Source of the DNA: a virus | Reading direction: 5' to 3' (one strand) | IMG/VR virus record: IMGVR_UViG_3300042691_032761 | DNA length: 64,000 bases | Shown: piece after piece, positions 16,877 through 24,838 of the stretch | Numbering within the stretch: position 1 is the stretch's first letter | Layout: each line of letters starts with the position of its first letter | Made by a program: the position numbers and the translations under genes | The notes under the pieces: generated by a model | Told to the model about the DNA's origin: nothing | The model's input: the letters and a program-made list of their open reading frames with translations, nothing else | Database searches by the model: none

Positions 16877-17080
16877 TCAAGCCCCCACAACGGGGGAGCG
16901 ATTCCGACGGTTGTATTCCATCATCGCCTTTTCATCCTGAATCATCCGGACTACGCTATCCCGGAACGCGGTCACGAGCACATCGTAACCCATCTTCACA
17001 TCGTACAGGTGGTAGAATCCACGAGCATCCTTCGTCAGCACGAAACCCACCTTCACGGCTTCCATCTTCAGATTTTTCAT
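16877..17080 (-). CDS. hypothetical protein
   Basis: Own sigma70/sigma28 promoter. Confidence 0.65.
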   Translation of the reverse strand: MKNLKMEAVKVGFVLTKDARGFYHLYDVKMGYDVLVTAFRDSVVRMIQDEKAMMEYNRRNRSPVVGA

Positions 17081-17215
17081 TTTCGTTTTTCCCTTACTTT
17101 CTATATCGGTATTCTACAGTGTGAACTTTAGTTGTCAAACAAAAAAAATCGGATTTGTTTACCCCCATAGCGAGGGGGTCGCGCTGCCCGGCCGGATTGG
17201 CTGGGACACCCCCCA

Positions 17216-17674
17216 TTAGCGGGACATTTTCAAGATACGCTCCACGGTCCCGGCCTTGACCATCTTTTCCAGATGTTGCCGAATGCGGAAACCGTCAACA
17301 CCTTCCGCTCGCATCGTGGCCGCGATATCGGCCAGACTACGGATTTCGGCCTTGCGAGCATCGTCGAGCATCCGCACAAAAACTTCCCGGCGATGCATGA
17401 CTTCGATAGGGTTGCCGAAACCGTCGGCCATGGACAGCGGCGGAAGGATCGACAACTCGCCGACACTGGTATTTTGCTTCCGATTGTTGCACACTCCACA
17501 AAGAGCCTGCAGATTGTCCAGACTGTCGGAACCACCCTTGCTTTCCGGCACAATGTGATCACACTGTAGAGCATCGCGGTCGCCGATACCACAAGCACGG
17601 CAACGGCCGTTGTCGCGGGCGATAACTTGTTCGCGGATCGTCGCGGGAATCGGCTTTTTTCGTCGCATGATCAT
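17216..17674 (-). CDS. HNH endonuclease
   Basis: RDNGRCRAC...DHIVPESKGGSDSLDNLQALCGVCNNRK. Confidence 0.9.
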   Translation of the reverse strand: MIMRRKKPIPATIREQVIARDNGRCRACGIGDRDALQCDHIVPESKGGSDSLDNLQALCGVCNNRKQNTSVGELSILPPLSMADGFGNPIEVMHRREVFVRMLDDARKAEIRSLADIAATMRAEGVDGFRIRQHLEKMVKAGTVERILKMSR

Positions 17675-17911
17675 TTTCCCTGCTAGGTTATATCGGCATT
17701 TTACCCTACGATACTTGAATGTCAAAGAAAAAAAATCTGAAAAAATAATCGCTAGAAATATCTTATTTGGCACAAGGTTTGCATATGCAAATGCCATGCC
17801 AAAATATATTATTCCGCGTAAAAGATTACATTAGGTAGTACATCCCCCATAGGTGGGGGTTCGGCTGCCCGGGCGGATTGGCTGGTACAACCTATCCCCC
17901 CTAGTGGGGGA

Positions 17912-18136
17912 TCATGAAACCCCCATCCAACTCGCGTTTTCCACGCAATAATCGTAGAACATATCGTTCAAAACACGTTCGGCCGTGTTGAGTGTGATTC
18001 GCTTTTCTGTCATGATAGCGTCACACTTTGCCACGAAGCGGTTCAGACGGGGATAGTAGATGATCGACACTTCGTGAGAGTTATCTTGCCAGATGCGAGC
18101 CTTGATATTGTTCAGTTGGTTGAGCGTCTTTTCCAT
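17912..18136 (-). CDS. hypothetical protein
   Basis: 74-aa ORF with purine-rich RBS. Confidence 0.65.
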   Translation of the reverse strand: MEKTLNQLNNIKARIWQDNSHEVSIIYYPRLNRFVAKCDAIMTEKRITLNTAERVLNDMFYDYCVENASWMGVS

Positions 18137-18213
18137 TTTCTTTCTCTTTTCTTTGTGTTAGACTAGATTGTAAAGACCACCGAACCCTGCCGTCTACCCC
18201 CCCCGATGGGGGA

Positions 18214-18480
18214 TCACCGGATCCCGTAGCGTGTGACCCTGCGATCCTTCACCGCGTCGTAGCCGTCATCCGTGCTGCGGAAGGTGGGGACGAGCGGCCG
18301 AAAGATGCAATCGACAGACTTTTCCCAATAGATAGACTTGACACCATCGGCAGTCTCGACCACGAGGAGATTGCCTTTTTCCGTCTTACGCTGCGACAGC
18401 ACTTTGCCAGCGTAGGGCTTGCCGTTATAGGTGCAACGGATCGAACCACCGACGACATCGTAACCAGCACACTTGATCAT
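18214..18480 (-). CDS. WYL/Sm-like small protein
   Basis: IRCTYNGK...GKV...ETADGVKSIYWEK; similar to 11775-12062. Confidence 0.55.
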   Translation of the reverse strand: MIKCAGYDVVGGSIRCTYNGKPYAGKVLSQRKTEKGNLLVVETADGVKSIYWEKSVDCIFRPLVPTFRSTDDGYDAVKDRRVTRYGIR

Positions 18481-19006
18481 GTCAAAACCTTTCGTAGTAG
18501 TGATGCCCCGATTATACAGTATGGTATCGTCAACGCAAGAAAAAAAAATGAGAAAATCTTTTTCTTTCGATATTGTAAGGATTGGATTTTTGGCATAGGT
18601 TTTGCTGCCAGATTGGATTAGGTAATCCATAGGATACTCTCCCTCGTTAGGGGGGAATCGTATCATTGTGGGATTGTATCCCCCTATTGGGGGGTATACG
18701 CTTGTTCATCCTCCTATTGGGGGGTAGGATCCCTCTGGCGTGGTAGTGTACACTTGTGATCCCTCTGTCGGGGGGTATCTCCCTCTCCCTCTATTGGGGG
18801 GAGTCTCCCCTCCCCTCTCGCGGGGGGTATGTAGCGTTCCCCCAACTAGGGGGGTTTTTCTGTTTCCCCCACGAATAGGGGGGTTTTCGGCCGGGGCGGC
18901 CGGTGGTCCAAAAAAAATAAGCACCCCCATATAAAAATTGGCCAGTTTATAAAAAAAGAGGCGAGTGTTGCCACCCGCCCCTTTTGAACCAAGGGTCGAA
19001 ACTATT

Positions 19007-19291
19007 TTAGTAGCGATATCGAACCCAAGGATTATAAACGTAAACAGGATAAGTAGCCACGGGTTGAGAATAAACCACAACCGGTTGTGGCTGATATACT
19101 ACCACAGGCACATAAACCACTTGAGGCCGCACTTCCTGCACAACCACACACTGAGGTTGAACAACAATAACTTGTGGTTTTTGACAAGATGTCCATTCAC
19201 AAGCAAAACAACTATTTGCACAGTATGCTACCATGAAAATAGCGCAAAATAATGAAGCCTTAACCATTGATATCACCAGAAGTTTGAGCAA
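19007..19291 (-). CDS. small secreted Val/Pro/Gln/Tyr-rich protein
   Basis: Signal peptide ending CFA; low-complexity VVYQPQP. Confidence 0.65.
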   Translation of the reverse strand: MLKLLVISMVKASLFCAIFMVAYCANSCFACEWTSCQKPQVIVVQPQCVVVQEVRPQVVYVPVVVYQPQPVVVYSQPVATYPVYVYNPWVRYRY

Positions 19292-19484
19292 CCTTAATCT
19301 TTGGTGGTCTGCCTCGTTTCTTCTTAATATCTAACTTGCGCCTTTGACGGCGTATCATGCTTCGAGTAATATTTTGACCCGTCATCTCACTTAGTTTTAT
19401 GGCCAAAACCTCATCATTCATTAGATCCTGATTGTTTCTAATAAATTCTAGTTCACTATCAAGCCATTTCTTATAATTCGCCAT
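19260..19484 (-). CDS. Myb/HTH-like DNA-binding protein with AT-hook
   Basis: KKWLDSELEFIRNN...LAIKL...RRKLDI followed by KRGRPPK; GGAGG RBS. Confidence 0.65.
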   Translation of the reverse strand: MANYKKWLDSELEFIRNNQDLMNDEVLAIKLSEMTGQNITRSMIRRQRRKLDIKKKRGRPPKIKVAQTSGDING

Positions 19485-19689
19485 TTTATAACCTCCATAA
19501 ATTGCACAAAATGTGTAACTGTTTATTATAGTATTGTTGACCAGAATAGCAAGAGGGCAATTATGATAAACGACCAAAATCCACAATTTGTTGATAGCGT
19601 ACTAGAAACCAAAGCAGAAGCCTCTTTAAACGAACAAATACAAAAAGATTTAGAATTACCAGAGGGTAAATCTATAGCGGAACTATTAG

Positions 19690-20346
19690 ATGACCAAGAA
19701 AAATCAGAAAAATAATATTTATGAACAATATGGCGTTACTGAACAAGATTTTTTGAACGTATTAGACAACATTAGTAAACGATTAGCATATAAATTTAAA
19801 TTTGGATATCATGAATATGAGGACATGAAGCAACAAGCCGCTATATTTGCTATAGAGGGTTTGCAGAAGTATGATCAAAAACGCCCACTAGAAAACTTTC
19901 TTTGGACCCACGTTCGTAACAGATTATTTAATTACAAACGAAATAATTATCAGCGCCCAGATAAACCGTGCTTAACCTGTCCACTATTTGACAAGTCCAG
20001 AGCAAGCCAGTGTTCAGAGTATGATAATAAAAATGATTGTGAATTATATTCAAATTGGAAAAACAGAAACGAAAATAAAAAAAATATTATGAGGCCCCAA
20101 AGCATTCATAAAGATGCTGACAACGAAGATACCCCAATAGCAGACAAACACGACTCATCAACTTTTCTGCAAAACCAGGAAATAATAAACTTTCTAGATT
20201 CACATATAGTTAGCACAGAATATAGAGAAATTTATTTAAAATTGAAACATGGAGTAAAAGTAAATAAGCCCCTATTAGATAAACTAAAAATCCATATAGA
20301 AACATTATTGAAAGATTACCAATGTCAAAAAAACGAGGACAATTAA
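19690..20346 (+). CDS. phage sigma70-family sigma factor (probable late sigma)
   Basis: Region-2-like EDMKQQAAIFAIEGLQKYD...FLWTHVRNRLFNYKR; Cys4 insertion. Confidence 0.7.
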   Translation: MTKKNQKNNIYEQYGVTEQDFLNVLDNISKRLAYKFKFGYHEYEDMKQQAAIFAIEGLQKYDQKRPLENFLWTHVRNRLFNYKRNNYQRPDKPCLTCPLFDKSRASQCSEYDNKNDCELYSNWKNRNENKKNIMRPQSIHKDADNEDTPIADKHDSSTFLQNQEIINFLDSHIVSTEYREIYLKLKHGVKVNKPLLDKLKIHIETLLKDYQCQKNEDN

Positions 20347-21137
20347 GCTTAGACGAAGAAAAATTTATTCGTGATAATGTTAATACTTTACCAATTGAAA
20401 ATATTGCTGATCAACTAAACAGAAGCGAAGCTCCAGTAAAGAGATACATAGAAGAAAATAATCTTTATCTAAGCAATGATGAAAAAAAGGATAATGAAAC
20501 ATTACGATACAAATTATATAGCAAAACATTTTGGCCAGAAATCGCCCGTCAGTTTGATGAAGATAGCGGAGAACTAGAATACTTTGAGAACACATGGATT
20601 GGTCTTATTAAACAGTTCAGAGAGGATGTGCTTCCTGCTGAAGAATTACAGATCAAACAATTCATCACCATAGATATTCTTATTAACCGAAGCATGAAAG
20701 AACGAAAGCGCCACATAGCCATGACAGAAAAACTTCAACGAGAAGTAGACAAAGAATATGAAAAGCCAGAAGATCAAAGAGATGTTCCAAAATTGATGAA
20801 TATGGAAACCCAATTAAGTTTTGCTCGAAATAGCATTGCTAATTATACTAATGAGTATACCAAACTGCTCAACGAACAACAAAAAATTAGCAAGGATTTA
20901 AAAGCCACAAGAGAGCAAAGAATCAAAAGAATAGAGGATGGAAAGAGTTCGTGGGTTGGCCTAATTAGAATGTTAGAGGAGGAACAAGTAAGAGAAAGAG
21001 AAGGACGAGAAATGGAAATACTTAAATTGGCCACGGAAAGATCAAAAAATAAATTAGAAGAATATCATAATTATGCAGACAATTCAGTAGACCGACCATT
21101 TTTTACACCCGAAAGCGTACTAAAGGAAGAATCATGA
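20322..21137 (+). CDS. probable terminase small subunit (HTH plus coiled coil)
   Basis: N-terminal HTH IENIADQLNRSEAPVKRY; helical core; position upstream of TerL. Confidence 0.45.
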   Translation: MSKKRGQLSLDEEKFIRDNVNTLPIENIADQLNRSEAPVKRYIEENNLYLSNDEKKDNETLRYKLYSKTFWPEIARQFDEDSGELEYFENTWIGLIKQFREDVLPAEELQIKQFITIDILINRSMKERKRHIAMTEKLQREVDKEYEKPEDQRDVPKLMNMETQLSFARNSIANYTNEYTKLLNEQQKISKDLKATREQRIKRIEDGKSSWVGLIRMLEEEQVREREGREMEILKLATERSKNKLEEYHNYADNSVDRPFFTPESVLKEES

Positions 21138-22114
21138 AAAAAGCAATTATAACAGGAATCAATGGACAGGATGGAAGTTATTTGGCCGATCTTTTATTAG
21201 AGAAAAATTATAAGGTAGTTGGCCTATTTCGCCGCAGTAGCACAAACACCCTAAACAGAGTATCTCATCTGCTCAACAATCCAAATTTTATTTTAGAAGA
21301 ATTTGATTTGACAGATCCATCTAATATCAACAATATCCTATCAGAACACAAACCAGATGAACTATATAATCTTGCTGCTCAGAGTCATGTGGCAACCAGT
21401 TTCAAACAGCCCACCACAACTTTTGAAATAGACACTCTTGGCGTTGTGAATCTCCTAGAAGCCATTAAAAATTATTCATTTAAAACCAAATTTTATCAGG
21501 CAAGTACTAGTGAGATGTTTGGGTTTAATTATAGCTCAACTGATTTTAAGGGTAAATATCAGGACGAAAACACACCAATGTTGCCACAGAGTCCATATGG
21601 AGTGGCAAAGCTAGCAGCGCACAATATGGTGCGAATATATCGTTCTGGCTATGGAGTATTTGGTTGTTGTGGCATTCTATTTAATCACGAAAGTCCGCGA
21701 CGAGGAGAAAACTTTGTTACTCGTAAAATTACTAAATATATTGGTCAAGTTAAAAGAGGAGAAACAACAGAAAAACTCAAACTTGGAAATCTTAATGCTC
21801 AAAGAGACTGGGGACACGCTAAAGATTATGTTAGAGCAATGTGGTTAATGCTACAGCAGTCAGAACCTTCTGATTATGTCATTGCCACAGGACACACATG
21901 GAGCGTACAAGAATTCTTGGATACCGCATTTAAATATGCTGAATTAGATCCCACAAATTATGTTGAGATAGATCCTGAATTATATAGACCAGCAGAAGTA
22001 GAATATCTTAAGGGCGTATCAACCAAAGCAAAAAACGATCTTGATTGGTATCCAGAGATATCTTTCACACAGTTAGTTAAAGATATGGTGGATCATGACA
22101 TTCAGAAATTATAA
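21134..22114 (+). CDS. gmd: GDP-mannose 4,6-dehydratase
   Basis: ITGINGQDGSYLA, NLAAQSHV, YQASTSEMFG, SPYGVAK, FNHESPRRGENFVTRKI, RDWGHAKDYV. Confidence 0.97.
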   Translation: MKKAIITGINGQDGSYLADLLLEKNYKVVGLFRRSSTNTLNRVSHLLNNPNFILEEFDLTDPSNINNILSEHKPDELYNLAAQSHVATSFKQPTTTFEIDTLGVVNLLEAIKNYSFKTKFYQASTSEMFGFNYSSTDFKGKYQDENTPMLPQSPYGVAKLAAHNMVRIYRSGYGVFGCCGILFNHESPRRGENFVTRKITKYIGQVKRGETTEKLKLGNLNAQRDWGHAKDYVRAMWLMLQQSEPSDYVIATGHTWSVQEFLDTAFKYAELDPTNYVEIDPELYRPAEVEYLKGVSTKAKNDLDWYPEISFTQLVKDMVDHDIQKL

Positions 22115-22370
22115 AGATCCATTATATAAACAATGGAGAGAAAATGTTTACGCAAGAGATAAGTATACTTGTCAGTGGCCCGGGTGTACTAAAAAGACAG
22201 GATTAAATGCTCATCATATTAAAACTTGGGCAGAATACCCTGGTTTAAGGTTTTTAGTAGACAATGGTATAACATTGTGTAGATTACATCATAAATTTAT
22301 TAAGGGTATGGAAGACATATATGAATCTGTATTCTATAAAATAGTGGCTAAAAATAATGGTAGACTATAA
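22095..22370 (+). CDS. HNH endonuclease (packaging-associated type)
   Basis: WRENVYARDKYTCQ...AHHIK...NGITLC...H. Confidence 0.85.
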   Translation: MTFRNYKDPLYKQWRENVYARDKYTCQWPGCTKKTGLNAHHIKTWAEYPGLRFLVDNGITLCRLHHKFIKGMEDIYESVFYKIVAKNNGRL

Positions 22371-22839
22371 TAAATTCAAAGTAATTATCGATACACGAGA
22401 ACAACAGCCGTGGATCTTTGAAAGAACAACAGCAGAAAATAAAAAACTTGACACAGGAGACTACAGTGTTGAGGGATACGAAAATATTTTATGCATAGAA
22501 CGTAAAAAAAGTGTTAGCGAAATAGCTAATAATATTACAGAAAGCAGATTTAAAGATGTAATAGAAAGAATGAATAGCTATAAATATGCATTTCTTATTT
22601 TAGAATTTAATTTGAATGATATATACCGATATCCTGTGGGAAGCAATGTTCCAAAACACATGTGGAGTAAGATTAAAATCTCTTCTGGTTTTATTATAAA
22701 AAATTTACTAGAACTACAAATTAAAAATAATATTAAAATTTTATTTTGTGATAATGCTATAAATGCTAGTAAAATAGCTTTGTCTTTAATGAAAAAGGTA
22801 TATGAAATTGAAGAATCAAACAAATCAGAAAATATTTGA
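22357..22839 (+). CDS. ERCC4 (XPF/Mus81) domain nuclease
   Basis: IIDTREQ, LDTGDY and IERKxxxE motifs. Confidence 0.85.
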   Translation: MVDYNKFKVIIDTREQQPWIFERTTAENKKLDTGDYSVEGYENILCIERKKSVSEIANNITESRFKDVIERMNSYKYAFLILEFNLNDIYRYPVGSNVPKHMWSKIKISSGFIIKNLLELQIKNNIKILFCDNAINASKIALSLMKKVYEIEESNKSENI

Positions 22840-24838
22840 TGACGCATGGTTAGGTCTAGGAGACCTTTCTTTATTAAGCATTGATCGCAATCTTATGATC
22901 AATCGAGATAAAGAAGATATAGAAAATCCAGATCTACATCTTATGCGTATCATAAAAAATCCTCAATACTTTGGCATCACATGTAAACTTTTATTTGGTA
23001 TAGAATTACATCCCATTCAAATAGCCATCTTACAGGAATTCTGGGATAGACCATTTCCTATGTATATTGCTAGCCGAGGCTTTGGTAAAAGTTTCATGTT
23101 ATCCCTGTATGCTGTATTAAAATGTATTTTTGTTCCTGGTACCAAAATAGTTATTGTGGGAGCAGCTTTTAGACAGAGTAAAGTTATTTTTGAATATATG
23201 GAAACTATTTGGAGAAATAGTCCCATATTAAGAAGCATATATAGTGGAAACGATGATGGTCCACGACGAGATGTTGATAGATGCACATTAAGACTTGGTG
23301 AAAGTTGGGCAATGGCAATTCCAATGGGCGATGGTAGTAAAATTAGAGGACTAAGAGCACATATTATCATTGCAGACGAATTTGCATCTATATCTCCAGA
23401 TATTTATGAGACAGTAGTTTCTGGTTTCGCTGCGGTATCTGCCAATCCAATACAGAACGTTAAAGAACAAGCTAAAAAACAAGCTATGATTGAAAATGGA
23501 ATATGGAATGCAGATCTAGAATCGTTAGACAAAAAAATGGGCAATCAAGCTATTATAGCAGGAACTGCTGATTATAGTTTTAAGCATTTTGCCCAATATT
23601 GGAACAGATATCATACCATAATAGAAAGTAAAGGAGATACTAGAAAACTCGAAGAAATGTTTAAAGGAGAGATTCCTGTAAATTTTAATTGGAAAGATTA
23701 TAGTATCATTCGAATACCATATGAACTTATTCCAAAAGGCTTTATGGATGACAAACAAGTTAGTAGAGCAAAAGCCACAATACATACTGGCATATATAAT
23801 ATGGAGTATGCTGCTTGTTTTACCAAAGATAGCGATGGATTCTTTAAACGAAGTTTAATAGAAAGCTGTGTTGTTAGCGAAGCAAAACCCATATATATTG
23901 GAGATAAAAATATTATATTTGATCCTATGGTAAAAGGAAACTTAAACCATAAATATATCTATGGAATAGATCCTGCAAGCGAACAAGATAATTTTAGTAT
24001 CACTATACTAGAGGCTCATCATGATCATACAAGGATAGTATATTGTTGGACAACAAATAGAAATAACTTTAAAGAAAGACAAAAAACTGGATTAGTACAA
24101 GAGCATGATTTTTATGGTTTTTGTGCTAGAAAAATTAGAAATTTAATGAAAATATTTCCATGCGAGAGAATTGGTATGGATGCTCAGGGAGGTGGAGTTG
24201 CTATCGAAGAAGCTTTGCATGATCCATCAAAACTAGAAGAAGGAGAAAATCTTCTATGGCCAGTAATAGATTATGACAAGCCAAAAGATACAGACGATCA
24301 ACAAGGTTTACATATCATTGAATTAGTACAGTTTGCCAAGGCAGATTGGACGAGTCAAGCAAACCATGGATTAAGAAAAGATTTAGAGGATAAAGTTTTA
24401 TTATTTCCCAGATTTGATAATTTAACTCTCGGTTTGGCGCTTGATGCAGAAGGTAAGGATATCATGGGTTCTAACTTAGAAAATTTATATGATAGTTTAA
24501 GCGAATGTATTTTAGAAATAGAAGAACTCAAAAATGAATTAACCACAATTGTAATGACACAAACTAGCACAGGACCAAATGCTAGAGATCGGTGGGATAC
24601 TCCAGAAGTAAAATTACAAAATGGTAAAAAGGGTAGATTAAGAAAAGACCGTTATAGCTCATTATTAATAGCAAATATGCTAGCAAGACAAATCACCAGA
24701 ACTTTACAGCCAATTAATTATGATATAGTTGGAGGAAATATGAAAGATATGGTCAAACAAGATGGTCAAATGTACAAAGGACCGGAATGGTTTACATCTG
24801 GAGCTAATGATTCAATATATTGTAGTATAAGAAAATAA
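22802..24838 (+). CDS. terL: terminase large subunit
   Basis: Walker A ASRGFGKS, Walker B IIIADEF, RNase H-like YGIDPA, C-terminal KDRYS. Confidence 0.92.
   Translation: MKLKNQTNQKIFDDAWLGLGDLSLLSIDRNLMINRDKEDIENPDLHLMRIIKNPQYFGITCKLLFGIELHPIQIAILQEFWDRPFPMYIASRGFGKSFMLSLYAVLKCIFVPGTKIVIVGAAFRQSKVIFEYMETIWRNSPILRSIYSGNDDGPRRDVDRCTLRLGESWAMAIPMGDGSKIRGLRAHIIIADEFASISPDIYETVVSGFAAVSANPIQNVKEQAKKQAMIENGIWNADLESLDKKMGNQAIIAGTADYSFKHFAQYWNRYHTIIESKGDTRKLEEMFKGEIPVNFNWKDYSIIRIPYELIPKGFMDDKQVSRAKATIHTGIYNMEYAACFTKDSDGFFKRSLIESCVVSEAKPIYIGDKNIIFDPMVKGNLNHKYIYGIDPASEQDNFSITILEAHHDHTRIVYCWTTNRNNFKERQKTGLVQEHDFYGFCARKIRNLMKIFPCERIGMDAQGGGVAIEEALHDPSKLEEGENLLWPVIDYDKPKDTDDQQGLHIIELVQFAKADWTSQANHGLRKDLEDKVLLFPRFDNLTLGLALDAEGKDIMGSNLENLYDSLSECILEIEELKNELTTIVMTQTSTGPNARDRWDTPEVKLQNGKKGRLRKDRYSSLLIANMLARQITRTLQPINYDIVGGNMKDMVKQDGQMYKGPEWFTSGANDSIYCSIRK

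Larger units (their letters stand above)
587..17130 (-). promoter_or_regulatory. at least 12 sigma28 (FliA/SigD)-type promoters TAAAG...CGATA interleaved with the sigma70 promoters
   Basis: TAAA-N16/17-(G)YCGATA(A) at 587-615, 4942-4969 (TAAAGTTT...GCCGATAA), 5559-5586, 7916-7944, 8841-8869, 9021-9049, 9944-9971, 12090-12117, 12787-12815, 13702-13730, 15209-15236, 17103-17130. Confidence 0.75.
552..18540 (-). promoter_or_regulatory. about 30 leftward sigma70-type early promoters (TTGACA/TTGACG-N16/17-TA(G/T)(A)(A/C)T)
   Basis: Examples at 552-580, 3805-3832, 4687-4715, 4802-4830 (TTGACA-17-TATAAT), 4930-4957, 6586-6613, 7904-7931, 8833-8861, 9931-9958, 11176-11203, 12432-12460, 12777-12804, 13415-13442, 14525-14552, 15782-15810, 17111-17138; all on the minus strand upstream of genes. 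Confidence 0.9.
5596..18606 (+). promoter_or_regulatory. sigma54 (-24/-12)-like boxes TGGCAY-N5-TTGC/TCGC
   Basis: At 5596, 7954, 9059 (GTGC variant), 9981, 12825, 15266, 17768, 18591 on plus; inverted partners at 15284-15299 and 17786-17801. Confidence 0.65.
14641..18890. repeat. CCCC(C)-N4-8-GGGG(G) dyads, dispersed and then arrayed at 18636-18890
   Basis: Copies near 14643, 15055, 15392, 16108, 16882, 17162, 17844, 17896, 18197 and about 9 tandem copies spaced 25-35 bp at 18636-18890. Confidence 0.8.

Noticed and set aside
1485-17834. Plus-strand ORFs in the left arm and minus-strand ORFs inside structural genes
   Set aside because: Antisense shadows of genes that have an RBS, promoter and recognisable motifs on the other strand.
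18636-18890. C/G dyad array as a CRISPR or mini-array
   Set aside because: Units are about 15-19 bp with only about 10-bp gaps and variable centres.
18706-19080. ORFs across the C/G array (18706-19080 minus, 18740-18934 plus)
   Set aside because: Pro/Gly-rich translations are by-products of the repeats; no RBS.
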